Below, piece by piece: positions 38,415-47,702 of a stretch of 64,000 bases of DNA (position 1 is its first letter; every line of letters begins with the position of its first letter). Position numbers and translations under genes: made by a program. The notes under the pieces were generated by a model, which was not told the origin of the DNA, ran no database searches, and was given only the letters and a program-made list of their open reading frames with translations. Source of the stretch: an uncultured Gammaproteobacteria bacterium (GTDB lineage: Bacteria > Cyanobacteriota > Vampirovibrionia > Gastranaerophilales > CAJFVJ01); contig CAYUHE010000001.1 of the NCBI GenBank assembly GCA_964444415.1, positions 4,889-68,888 of the forward strand. The letters are read 5' to 3'.

Positions 38415-38482
38415 TCCCCTCTTTATTAACGTAGCTATTTGACTTATAATTAATCCTACGTTACAGAATAAGAGTGAGCCAT

Positions 38483-39259
38483 ATGAAAGTTGTAATTTTA
38501 GCAGGTGGACTTGGTACCAGACTAAGTGAAGAAACTGATTTAAAGCCAAAACCTATGGTAGAAATCGGCGGTCGTCCGATATTATGGCATATAATGAAAA
38601 TCTATTCTAATTATGGCTTCAATGATTTTATAATTTTGACAGGTTACAAATCACACATTATCAAAGATTATTTTATAAATTATTACTCAAGATACTCTGA
38701 TATTACAGTAGATATGTCTTCAAATTCTGTCGAAATCCACAAAACACGCACAGAGCCATGGAAAGTTACTATGCTTTATACAGGCAAAGACACAATGACA
38801 GGCGGCAGAATCAAAAAAGCAAAAGACTATATAGGCAACGAAACTTTCATGCTGACTTATGGCGATGGCGTTTCAAATATTGATATTCCTGACCTTATCG
38901 AATTTCACAAAAAATCAGGCAAATTAGCAACTCTTACAGCGGTCCAGCCTTCTGGAAAATTCGGGGCAATCAACATCGAAAATAACGGCGAAATTTCATC
39001 TTTTATGGAAAAACCAAAAGGCGATGGGGCTTGGATTAACGGTGGTTTCTTTGTTTTGGAACCAAAGATTTTTGATTATATAGAAGACGGCGATTCTGCT
39101 ATTTGGGAAAAAGAACCGCTTGAAAAACTTGCAAAAGACAATCAACTAAATGCTTATAAGCACAAGGGTTTCTGGCGTCCTATGGATACACTCAAAGACA
39201 AAATAGATTTAACCGAAATGTGGGATTCGCATAATGCCCCTTGGCTAACTTGGAGTTAA
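38483..39259 (+). CDS. ddhA: Glucose-1-phosphate cytidylyltransferase
   Basis: MKVVILAGGLGTRLSEET, KPMVEIGGRPILWHIM and GFWRPMDT. The ORF track starts at a GTG at 38474. Confidence 0.9.
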   Translation: MKVVILAGGLGTRLSEETDLKPKPMVEIGGRPILWHIMKIYSNYGFNDFIILTGYKSHIIKDYFINYYSRYSDITVDMSSNSVEIHKTRTEPWKVTMLYTGKDTMTGGRIKKAKDYIGNETFMLTYGDGVSNIDIPDLIEFHKKSGKLATLTAVQPSGKFGAINIENNGEISSFMEKPKGDGAWINGGFFVLEPKIFDYIEDGDSAIWEKEPLEKLAKDNQLNAYKHKGFWRPMDTLKDKIDLTEMWDSHNAPWLTWS

Positions 39260-39260
39260 A

Positions 39261-40358
39261 ATGGTTTTCGAAATTTATAAAAACAAAAAAGTTTTTTTGA
39301 CAGGTCATACAGGCTTTAAAGGCAGTTGGCTGACCTTGTGGCTAAAATCTCTCGGAGCTGAAGTTTTGGGGTATTCACTAGAGCCTAATACTAACCCTTC
39401 GATGTTTGAAGAATTAAAAATAGATTCTCAAATTCAAAATGTTTTCGGAAATATTTTAGACAGAGAAAAACTTAAGCAAGTTATGGCTGATTTTGCTCCT
39501 GATATGGTGTTTCATCTTGCGGCGCAACCGATTGTCAGATTGAGTTACTCTGAACCCGTTTTGACTTATGAGACAAACGTAATTGGCACCTTAAATGTAT
39601 TAGAAGCAGCCAGAAATTGCAGCAGCATAAAGGCTTTTGTGAATGTAACAACAGATAAATGCTACGAAAATAAAGAAATTGATAGAGGATACTATGAAGA
39701 TGAGCCGATGGGTGGGCACGATATGTATTCTTCCTCAAAAGGTTGCGTCGAAATTATGTCATCATCTTATCGCCGTTCATTTTTGTCGAATTCTTATGCA
39801 ATGGCAACAGCCCGTGCAGGTAACGTAATAGGCGGCGGGGATTGGGCAATCGACAGACTTATACCTGATTGCATTAGATATATCAACCAAAATCAGCCTA
39901 TCGAAATCAGAAATCCAGTAGCAGTAAGGCCTTGGCAACATGTGTTGGAGCCGCTTTCAGGGTATTTATTGCTGGGCAAAGTACTTTTGGAACAAGGGCA
40001 AAAATTCGCTGAAGGATTCAATTTTGGACCATATGATGAAAGTGTTTTGACGGTTGCAGAAGTTGCAAAACAAGTGGTCGAAAACTACGAAAAAGGTGAA
40101 GTCGTTGTGCAAAAAAGAGATGCTTTGCACGAGGCAAATTTGCTTATGCTAAATATTGACAAAGTACAAAAACTTTTGGGCTGGAAGCCTGTTTTCAGTG
40201 CGAAAGAAGCCATAAAAACTACTGTTGATTGGTACAAAGAATTTTATAATGGAAATCTAAATATGCTTGAATTTACATTTGGCCAAATTGAAGCATATCA
40301 AGAAAAAATAGATTATAAAGGGGTAAAAAGTGAGACAATTACTAGCACAATTAGTTAG
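39261..40358 (+). CDS. ddhB: CDP-glucose 4,6-dehydratase
   Basis: 365 aa. Has VFLTGHTGFKGSWL, YSSSK, and RPWQHVLEPLSGYL. Confidence 0.9.
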   Translation: MVFEIYKNKKVFLTGHTGFKGSWLTLWLKSLGAEVLGYSLEPNTNPSMFEELKIDSQIQNVFGNILDREKLKQVMADFAPDMVFHLAAQPIVRLSYSEPVLTYETNVIGTLNVLEAARNCSSIKAFVNVTTDKCYENKEIDRGYYEDEPMGGHDMYSSSKGCVEIMSSSYRRSFLSNSYAMATARAGNVIGGGDWAIDRLIPDCIRYINQNQPIEIRNPVAVRPWQHVLEPLSGYLLLGKVLLEQGQKFAEGFNFGPYDESVLTVAEVAKQVVENYEKGEVVVQKRDALHEANLLMLNIDKVQKLLGWKPVFSAKEAIKTTVDWYKEFYNGNLNMLEFTFGQIEAYQEKIDYKGVKSETITSTIS

Positions 40359-41694
40359 AAACAATATAAAAGCTTGGTCAAAAATTTATTATAAACTTGC
40401 ACAGCCCGACAAAAAAAGAGGGGCTTATGTAGCGGTATCAGGTAAGGTTTTAGGTGAAAACGAACTTTGCAATATGATTGATGCTTCATTGGATATGTGG
40501 CTCACAACAGGAAGATTCAATGACGAATTTGAGAAAAAATTTGCGCGGTTTTTAAACTCCAAATACGTTTTGACCACAACATCAGGTTCATCGGCTAATT
40601 TGCTTGCTATAGCTGCTTTGACATCCCACAAACTGGGTGAAAAATCACTCAAAAAAGGTGATGAAGTCATCACGGTCGCGGCAGGATTTCCGACAACAGT
40701 CAATCCAATCGTCCAAAATGGCTTAATACCTGTTTTTGTCGATGTAGAACTTGGCAATTACAATATAAATATTCAACAAATTGAAGAAGCGCTAACTGAG
40801 AAGACCAAAGCTATTTTTGTGGCTCATACTCTTGGTAATGTTTTTGAACTTGATAAAATAGCAGAACTTTGTCAAAAACACAATCTTTGGCTCATCGAAG
40901 ACAGCTGTGACGCTCTTGGGGCAAAGTTTGATAATAAATACGTAGGAACATTCGGGCATATCGGAACATTTAGCTTTTATCCTGCGCACCATATCACTAT
41001 GGGCGAAGGCGGGGCTTTGTGTACTGACGATGCTAATTTATACCGAATTATTATGTCGTATCGTGATTGGGGACGTGATTGCTATTGCAACCCTGGGCAG
41101 GACAACAGATGCAAAAAAAGATTTGATATGCAGCTTGGCAATTTGCCTCACGGATATGACCACAAATACACATATTCGCACCTTGGATACAATCTCAAAA
41201 TCTCTGATTGGCAGGCAGCTTGCGGCGTTGCGCAGTTGGATAGAATTGAAGGCTTTATCAATAAAAGAAATGAAAATTTTGATTATCTTTATAATGGCTT
41301 GAAACAATTTGAAGAGTATCTTCTTCTGCCGACTTTATGTGAAAAGGTCACACCGTCTTGGTTTGGCTTTACTTTGACCGTCAAAGACAGCGCTCCTTTT
41401 GGCAAAATGGAATTGGTCAAATTTTTGGAAGATAATAATATCGGTACAAGACAGCTTTTTGCGGGCAATTTGCTCCGTCAGCCTGCTTATGTCGATAATG
41501 ATATTGAATTGCGCATCAAAAATTCTAAAATCTTAAGCTCAAAAAACCTTACAGAAGAGCATTATGCAATGCTTCCAAATACAGACACAGTGATGAATTC
41601 AACCTTTTGGATTGGCGTTTGGCCAGGCTTAGAGAAAAAACAATTGGATTATATGATATCAAAATTTAGTGCGTTTATAAAAAATAAGGCGTAA
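40330..41694 (+). CDS. ddhC: CDP-6-deoxy-L-threo-D-glycero-4-hexulose 3-dehydrase (E1, PMP-dependent)
   Basis: 454 aa. GTG start after AAGGGG. Close to my recollection of Salmonella RfbH along its whole length (WLTTGRFNDEFEKKF, VITVAAGFPTTVNP, FYPAHHITMGEGGA, RDWGRDCYC, YDHKYTYSHLGYNLK). Confidence 0.9.
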   Translation: MRQLLAQLVRNNIKAWSKIYYKLAQPDKKRGAYVAVSGKVLGENELCNMIDASLDMWLTTGRFNDEFEKKFARFLNSKYVLTTTSGSSANLLAIAALTSHKLGEKSLKKGDEVITVAAGFPTTVNPIVQNGLIPVFVDVELGNYNINIQQIEEALTEKTKAIFVAHTLGNVFELDKIAELCQKHNLWLIEDSCDALGAKFDNKYVGTFGHIGTFSFYPAHHITMGEGGALCTDDANLYRIIMSYRDWGRDCYCNPGQDNRCKKRFDMQLGNLPHGYDHKYTYSHLGYNLKISDWQAACGVAQLDRIEGFINKRNENFDYLYNGLKQFEEYLLLPTLCEKVTPSWFGFTLTVKDSAPFGKMELVKFLEDNNIGTRQLFAGNLLRQPAYVDNDIELRIKNSKILSSKNLTEEHYAMLPNTDTVMNSTFWIGVWPGLEKKQLDYMISKFSAFIKNKA

Positions 41695-41695
41695 G

Positions 41696-43432
41696 ATGAA
41701 AGCATCAGATTATATCGTAGAAAAAATACTAACCGCAGGTACTGATAAAGTATTTGGTTATATTGGCGGAATGATTACGCATCTTGCGGATAGTATTTAT
41801 CAAAATAAAAATATCGAAATGATAAATGCCATTCATGAACAAGGTGCAGGTTTTATGGCTGAAGGTTATGCCAGAAATACTGACAAAATCGGTATTGCGA
41901 TTGCGACATCGGGACCTGGGGCGACAAATCTTTTGACGCCAATCACGAGTTGTTACTTCGATTCGACGCCTGCGTTATTTATTACGGGGCAGGTAAATAC
42001 CCACGAATATAAAAGGTTTCCGAATATCAGACAATGTGGGTTTCAAGAAACAAATATCGTCGATATGGCAAAACCTGTCACAAAATATGCCGTAATGGTA
42101 AAAGATGTTGAGGATTTGCGATATGAACTTGAAAAATGTTTGTATCTTGCCCAAAATGGTCGAAAAGGACCTGTTTTATTGGATATTCCTATGGATATTC
42201 AAAGGGCAGACGTGGATTTTTCAAAAATGAAATCATTTTTTGAAGAGGTTGAAAATTGTTCTTGCCAAATAAATTTAAAAGAATTGAAAGAAATATTTAA
42301 TTCGGCAAAACGTCCTGTGGTTCTTGTTGGTGGTGGCGTGAGGCTGTCAAATTCAACAGATGAACTAAAAGATTTTTTCGCAAAAACTAATATGCCTGTC
42401 GTCCAATCATTGATGGGATTGGATACTGTTTCTTCTGATTATGAGTACAATCTGGGGCTAATCGGAGCTTATGGCAATAGGTACGGCAATTTTACTTTGG
42501 CGAATTCGGATTTGATTTTGGTTTTGGGTTCAAGACTTGATTTGAGACAAATCGGGGCAAAGACGGATACGTTTGCCAGAAGTGCCAAAATCATCCAAGT
42601 CGATATTGATGAACACGAATTAAATTGTGATAACTTGGACAAAATTACAATAAAATCAGATGTAAAAACTTTTTTGAATGAATTGAATAAAAAAATTTTT
42701 GATATTGAAATTTCTGAGTGGCAAAAAAAAGTTTTGGAATGGAAGAATGAATACCCCTCGACCAAAAGCATCGATGGTTCTGACTTGATACCCAATATTG
42801 TTATTTCTAAAATATTCGAAAATCTCAAAAACACAGATACCATATCTGTTGATGTAGGGCAAAACCAAATGTGGGTTGCACAATCAGCCTCTATCAAAGA
42901 AGGTCAGAGAATATTTTTCTCAGGTGGGCTGGGCTCTATGGGCTTTGCGTTGCCTTGTGCAATCGGTGCAGGTATAGAAGGTCAAAGAGCGATTGTCATA
43001 TCGGGTGATGGTGGATTCCAGATGAATATTCAGGAACTGGAAGTCATTAAAAGGCGAAATTTGCCTATCAAAATGATTGTCCTCAATAATCAAAGCCTTG
43101 GTATGGTGAGGCAATTTCAAGAAATTTATTTTGAGGGTAGATTGCAATCAACTGTTGAAGATTATTCGGCTCCCGATTTTGCAAAAGTCGCCGATTCTTA
43201 TGGCATCAAAGCTCAAAACATAAATGCAGATGAAATTAAAGATAAAACATTCAAGGATTTTTTCTCAAATAATCAACCTGAGCTTTTGAATATTTATCTT
43301 GAGCAAAAAACTGATTTGCAACCCAAATTGATTTTCGGTCAGCCGATTGAAAATATGCATCCATTTTTGGATAAGACAGAATTTGCCAAAACAATGCTGA
43401 TTGAACCTCTGGAGGAAAAATTGGATGACTAA
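41696..43432 (+). CDS. ThDP-dependent acetolactate-synthase-like enzyme, YerE-like (candidate two-carbon branch-forming enzyme acting on a CDP-4-keto-3,6-dideoxyhexose)
   Basis: 578 aa. ThDP motif GDGGFQ-N24-NN. Has the N-terminal Pyr domain (HEQGAGFMAEGYAR, SGPGATN). Starts 1 nt after ddhC and overlaps the next SDR gene by 8 nt. The YerE-like call is contextual. Confidence 0.7.
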   Translation: MKASDYIVEKILTAGTDKVFGYIGGMITHLADSIYQNKNIEMINAIHEQGAGFMAEGYARNTDKIGIAIATSGPGATNLLTPITSCYFDSTPALFITGQVNTHEYKRFPNIRQCGFQETNIVDMAKPVTKYAVMVKDVEDLRYELEKCLYLAQNGRKGPVLLDIPMDIQRADVDFSKMKSFFEEVENCSCQINLKELKEIFNSAKRPVVLVGGGVRLSNSTDELKDFFAKTNMPVVQSLMGLDTVSSDYEYNLGLIGAYGNRYGNFTLANSDLILVLGSRLDLRQIGAKTDTFARSAKIIQVDIDEHELNCDNLDKITIKSDVKTFLNELNKKIFDIEISEWQKKVLEWKNEYPSTKSIDGSDLIPNIVISKIFENLKNTDTISVDVGQNQMWVAQSASIKEGQRIFFSGGLGSMGFALPCAIGAGIEGQRAIVISGDGGFQMNIQELEVIKRRNLPIKMIVLNNQSLGMVRQFQEIYFEGRLQSTVEDYSAPDFAKVADSYGIKAQNINADEIKDKTFKDFFSNNQPELLNIYLEQKTDLQPKLIFGQPIENMHPFLDKTEFAKTMLIEPLEEKLDD

Positions 43433-44285
43433 AAACATTCTCATCACAGGCACAGGCGGATTCGTTGGTAAAAATTTGAAAGAATGGTTGGGTGAAAAAT
43501 ATAATCTTTTCACTCCTCGAAGTTTTGAATTGGAACTGACAAATTTTGAAACGGTTCAAAAATATTTTCAAATTTACGATATAGATTTTGTAATACATTG
43601 TGCCAATAAAGGCGGAGCCAGAGGCGTTTCAGATGACAGGTCTGTAGTTGAAGATAATTTAAAAATGTTTCATAATCTGCAAAAGTGCCTTCAAGGAAAA
43701 AGAATGATTTTCTTCGGTTCAGGCGCACAGTATGATAGATTTCGTCCGTTAATAAAAATAAAAGAAGAAAATCTGGGGGAATTCATTCCTCAAGATCCTT
43801 ATGGGTATTCAAAATTTCTTATCGCAAAAGAAATTGAAAAATCAGATAATATACTTTGCCTCAATATTTTTGGCTCATACGGCAAATGGGAAAAAGAAAA
43901 CCGTTTTCCGAGCGATGCGATATCCAAAAATCTTCAAAAAGAACCGATAGTTATCAATAAAAATGTCGTATTTGATTATTTATACATAGATGATTTGTGC
44001 AGAATTGTTGAGTATTTTGTGGAGCATCAGCCAAGCGAAAAAAATATCAATATCACTCCTACTCAAAGCATTGATTTACTAAAAATTAGCAATATCGTCA
44101 ATGAAATCAGCGATTTCAAAAGTAAAATCATCCTCAAAAATGAGGGTTTGAACAATGAATATACGGGGGATAATTCGAGATTTTTGCAAGAAATGGGCAA
44201 TTTCAAATTCAAGACTTATGAAGAAGGCATAAAAGATTTATTTGAAATTTTACAAAGAAAAAGAGAATTAACGCATGAATTTTAA
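43425..44285 (+). CDS. NAD(P)-dependent extended SDR (sugar-nucleotide reductase/epimerase)
   Basis: ATG at 43425 after GGAGGA (43411-43416). Has ILITGTGGFVG and YGYSK (YxxxK). Confidence 0.75.
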   Translation: MTKNILITGTGGFVGKNLKEWLGEKYNLFTPRSFELELTNFETVQKYFQIYDIDFVIHCANKGGARGVSDDRSVVEDNLKMFHNLQKCLQGKRMIFFGSGAQYDRFRPLIKIKEENLGEFIPQDPYGYSKFLIAKEIEKSDNILCLNIFGSYGKWEKENRFPSDAISKNLQKEPIVINKNVVFDYLYIDDLCRIVEYFVEHQPSEKNINITPTQSIDLLKISNIVNEISDFKSKIILKNEGLNNEYTGDNSRFLQEMGNFKFKTYEEGIKDLFEILQRKRELTHEF

Positions 44286-44802
44286 TGAAATGGAGCTCAA
44301 AGGAGCGTATCTAATAGAATTAGAAGAATTTTGCGATGAACGTGGTACTTTTGCAAGACAATTTTGCAAAAAAGAATTCGAAAAACAAGGCATCGAGTTT
44401 GAAGTTTGTCAGGCAAATATTTCCAAAAACTATAAAAAAGGAACTTTACGAGGTCTTCATTTTCAAAAAGCACCATACTTTGAAGCCAAAATAATTTCTT
44501 GTTTCAAAGGGGCGTTTTTTGATGTGATAGTTGATTTGAGAGAAGACTCCCCAACGTATTTGAAACACAGCTCTGTTGAATTGACAGAAAATAGCAACCA
44601 AATGTTATACATTCCCCCAATGTTTGCCCATGGGTTTCAGACACTTACAGATGATACAGTAATCTATTATCAATTAGGCAATTATTTTGCGCCACAATAT
44701 TATGATGGTATAAGGAGAGATGACCCTAAATTGGGCATAAAATGGCCCGATTGTAAGCAACGAATAATAAATGAAAGGGATAATTCTTACGAATTATTAT
44801 AA
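44275..44802 (+). CDS. RmlC-like cupin sugar-nucleotide 3,5- (or 5-) epimerase
   Basis: 175 aa. Has DERGTFAR, RGLHFQ and FAHGFQTL. It is a second rmlC-family gene, located inside the CDP-sugar block. Confidence 0.75.
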   Translation: MNFNEMELKGAYLIELEEFCDERGTFARQFCKKEFEKQGIEFEVCQANISKNYKKGTLRGLHFQKAPYFEAKIISCFKGAFFDVIVDLREDSPTYLKHSSVELTENSNQMLYIPPMFAHGFQTLTDDTVIYYQLGNYFAPQYYDGIRRDDPKLGIKWPDCKQRIINERDNSYELL

Positions 44803-44804
44803 TT

Positions 44805-45686
44805 ATGAAAAAAGTTATTTTGACAGGTGCAACAGGATTAATAGGCCAATATTCAATAGAATCGCTATTGGAAAAAGGGTTTGAAGTTTTTGCAATTTCA
44901 ACTAAAGAACAGCCAAAATCTGATATAACTTGGATTAAAGCTGATTTGTTGAATTTTTCTGACCTGAAAAAAGTTTTTGAAGAAGTCAAGCCTGATTATC
45001 TTTTGCATTTTGGTTGGGATGTTACGCATGGGAAATACTTGGAATCTGAGTCAAATGTTGATTGGCTAAAATCAAGTTTAGAAATGTTAAAATGCTTCAA
45101 AAATAATGGAGGAAAAAGAGCCGTTTTTGCAGGAACATGTTTTGAATATGAATTGGGCGATGATTTGCTAAAAGAATACGAAACACCGACCAACCCTGCT
45201 ACGAAGTATGGGAAATGCAAAAATGAATTAAATCAAATGGCAAATTTATATGCTAAAGAAAATGACATCAGTTTTGGCTGGGGTAGGATTTTTTATGTTT
45301 ACGGCAAAAATGAAAACCCAAACAGGTTAATTCCTTATATAATTAATAACTTGAAAAATAATCAGCAAGTCATTTTAAAATCAGGGGACTTAATCAAAGA
45401 CTACTTATATGGCAAAGATATTGCTGCTGCTTTTGTAGAGTTTTTAGACAGCCAAATTCAAGGGGACGTGAATATTTGCTCCAATAATCCAATAAAAATA
45501 AAGGATATGGCACTGTTAATCGCTCAGAAATTAAACAAAAATAATTTGCTTGAACTTCAGCCTATAAAAAATAATGAGCCTCAAATAATTTTGGGTGATA
45601 ATACAAGACTAACCCAAGAAGTAGGATATATCTATAAATACTCTTTGGAATCCGGGATAGAAGATTTGCTTAAGGAGAGTTTATAA
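44805..45686 (+). CDS. NAD(P)-dependent extended SDR (sugar-nucleotide 4-reductase candidate)
   Basis: 293 aa. Has ILTGATGLIG and YGKCK (YxxxK). Confidence 0.75.
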   Translation: MKKVILTGATGLIGQYSIESLLEKGFEVFAISTKEQPKSDITWIKADLLNFSDLKKVFEEVKPDYLLHFGWDVTHGKYLESESNVDWLKSSLEMLKCFKNNGGKRAVFAGTCFEYELGDDLLKEYETPTNPATKYGKCKNELNQMANLYAKENDISFGWGRIFYVYGKNENPNRLIPYIINNLKNNQQVILKSGDLIKDYLYGKDIAAAFVEFLDSQIQGDVNICSNNPIKIKDMALLIAQKLNKNNLLELQPIKNNEPQIILGDNTRLTQEVGYIYKYSLESGIEDLLKESL

Positions 45687-46627
45687 TGAGCGAAAATAAA
45701 TTATTATCAATTGCAATTCCGACTTATAATCGAGCAGAAATTGTAAAAAAAACTGTAATGACTTTGATTAATCAAATTCTTGGCAAACATGAGGATTTGG
45801 TTGACATTGTAGTGGCTGATAATGCCTCAACAGATAATACGCAAGAGGTTTTGCTTCAAATTCAAAGTGAATACCCTAATATTTTTAAATATACAAAAAA
45901 TGAAGAAAATATGGGCTTGGGTAAAAATCTTCAAATATCATCAGACAGAGCGGTCGGCAAATATGTTTGGTTTTGCAGCGATGATGACGTGCTTTATGAT
46001 GGAGTGGTTGATAAGGTTGTAGAAGTCTTATCGGGCAATGACTATGATAATATTCTTATAAATTACGAGGCTGAGCCGGAAGGTTTGGCTGTCGATGTGA
46101 AAGAAGATTTTGTAACAAATAGTCTTTCCGAATTTTTCAATTCAACCAAAAATGCTTGCGGATTATTGACAGCTAATATTTTGAAAAAAGAAAATATCGA
46201 TGCAGCCAAATTCAGTTCATATACTTGGTATCACTTTGATAAATTACTGAATTTTTCCAAAGATACAAAATCTTATATTATCGCAAAACCTTATCTTTTT
46301 TGCGTAAGACCCAAAAAAAATAACTGGTTTAGTGCAAAGAATTTTTTACTTTATTCTGTTGAAATAATAACCGCCATAATGAAATCTTCTGCCGATAAAA
46401 AAACAAAAGATTTATTATTAAACCTTTATAAAGCAACTTTTTACAAAAATATTTTCAGGGCAAAAAGACATTGTAAAAAAGGTGTTGTGGATTATAATGA
46501 TTTAGAAAAGCAAGTCATCGAGGCCAGAAAACATTATGATTATGATTTTGATTTTGAGCAAAAAATGTTAAAATCCAAATATCGTTGGTGGTTTATGGCA
46601 AGATTAAAAAAATATTTAAAGGCGTAA
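45686..46627 (+). CDS. Glycosyltransferase family 2
   Basis: 313 aa. Has LSIAIPTYNRAEIV, VADNASTDNT and FCSDDD. Confidence 0.8.
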   Translation: MSENKLLSIAIPTYNRAEIVKKTVMTLINQILGKHEDLVDIVVADNASTDNTQEVLLQIQSEYPNIFKYTKNEENMGLGKNLQISSDRAVGKYVWFCSDDDVLYDGVVDKVVEVLSGNDYDNILINYEAEPEGLAVDVKEDFVTNSLSEFFNSTKNACGLLTANILKKENIDAAKFSSYTWYHFDKLLNFSKDTKSYIIAKPYLFCVRPKKNNWFSAKNFLLYSVEIITAIMKSSADKKTKDLLLNLYKATFYKNIFRAKRHCKKGVVDYNDLEKQVIEARKHYDYDFDFEQKMLKSKYRWWFMARLKKYLKA

Positions 46628-46634
46628 AAAATTC

Positions 46635-47702
46635 ATGAAAACCAAACCGATAATAGCTTTTTGTAATGACTATCTCGAACATCCCACGCAAGAAATTTGT
46701 GATGAATTTTTAACTCATGGCATCAAAGCTGTCAGCGGAAAAAAAGCCCTGGAATTAATCAGAAAAAGAGAAATTTTGCCTGAACATATTTATGTAGTGC
46801 AAGAAATCTTGGCCAAAGATGCCAAAAAACTCCTGAAACTCGGGGCAAAACCTTTTTTGCTTACAAGTGGAGAAACCACTATTTGGGCGCCTTTGCTATA
46901 TGATAATCTTGAAAAAGAAGCACAAATTTTTAAACACAAAATACTTTTCAAAGGTTCTTTTAAGAATTTTGGCGGAATTAATAAATTCAATCATCATTTT
47001 TATTTTTCTTCTTATTCACAAAAAAAATCTTTGCCCGAAATTAAGCCTTTAGAGGACAGAAAAAATATTGTAATGGTTGTGGCAAACAAATATTGCCGCA
47101 TAAAATTCCCGACCAGTTCAAATTTTAACAAATTTTGCCTAAAATTAAAGACATGTTTTTCAAAATCATTTCATGATGCTTTGAAAAATAATTTGCAAAA
47201 AAAACGACTTGAAATTATAGAATTTTTCGGAAAATCAAAAAATTTAGACCTTTATGGTGCGAATTGGAACAAGAAGAAAGATATTCCAAACAAAAACTGG
47301 AACAAACTAAAATCTATCCTTCCAAATATCTACAAAGGTCGTTGCGAAGACAAAATCGAAGTCATCTCAAATTACAAATTAGCTATAGCCTTTGAAAATA
47401 TAGCCTACAGCGGCTATGTAACAGAAAAAATCATTGACTGCTTCGTAGCAGGAGTTGTACCGATTTATCTTGGTGCACCTGATATTTGTGATTTTGTACC
47501 CAAAAATTGTTTCATAGATGTCAGAGATTTTAAAAATTTTGAAGAATTAAACATTTATATTGAAAGCCTTTGCGATGAAGAAATTATGGAATTTACCAAT
47601 AACGGCAGGCAGTTTTTGCAATCCGAGGAAGGCAAAAAATATAGCGAAGAATATTTTGTTCAGTACGTGTCTGACCTGTTCAAAAAGGAAATTTGCGTAT
47701 GA
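46635..47702 (+). CDS. GT10 alpha-1,3/4-fucosyltransferase
   Basis: 355 aa. YKLAIAFENIAYSGYVTEKIIDCFVAGVVPIYLGAP...FIDVRDFKNFEEL closely parallels my recollection of the H. pylori FucT catalytic motif (FEN..GYVTEKIID...IPIYWG). Confidence 0.85.
   Translation: MKTKPIIAFCNDYLEHPTQEICDEFLTHGIKAVSGKKALELIRKREILPEHIYVVQEILAKDAKKLLKLGAKPFLLTSGETTIWAPLLYDNLEKEAQIFKHKILFKGSFKNFGGINKFNHHFYFSSYSQKKSLPEIKPLEDRKNIVMVVANKYCRIKFPTSSNFNKFCLKLKTCFSKSFHDALKNNLQKKRLEIIEFFGKSKNLDLYGANWNKKKDIPNKNWNKLKSILPNIYKGRCEDKIEVISNYKLAIAFENIAYSGYVTEKIIDCFVAGVVPIYLGAPDICDFVPKNCFIDVRDFKNFEELNIYIESLCDEEIMEFTNNGRQFLQSEEGKKYSEEYFVQYVSDLFKKEICV

Noticed and set aside
38427-38463. 8-bp inverted repeat taacgtag-N21-ctacgtta between the GT4 gene and ddhA as a terminator
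   Set aside because: It has a 21-nt loop and no following T-run, so it is weak as an intrinsic terminator. It could be an operator, but there is no supporting evidence.
42469-42897. 142-aa and 75-aa minus-strand ORFs inside the ThDP enzyme gene
   Set aside because: They are antisense shadows in AT-rich coding sequence. The plus-strand frame carries the ThDP-binding motif.
41696-43432. Calling the ThDP enzyme a housekeeping acetolactate synthase (ilvB)
   Set aside because: No ilvN, ilvC or ilvD neighbours are present. The gene is translationally coupled on both sides to CDP-sugar pathway genes, so the sugar-branching (YerE-like) interpretation is preferred, although unproven.
47020-47205. 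A8 (47020-47027) and A9 (47197-47205) tracts in the GT10 fucosyltransferase gene, and A9 in wbqC (51802-51810), as slipped-strand phase-variation switches like those of H. pylori fut genes
   Set aside because: A/T runs of 8-9 occur throughout this AT-rich window, including in topA, fliH and intergenic DNA, so they are not specific to glycan genes. No poly-G/C tracts are present. Population sequence data would be needed.
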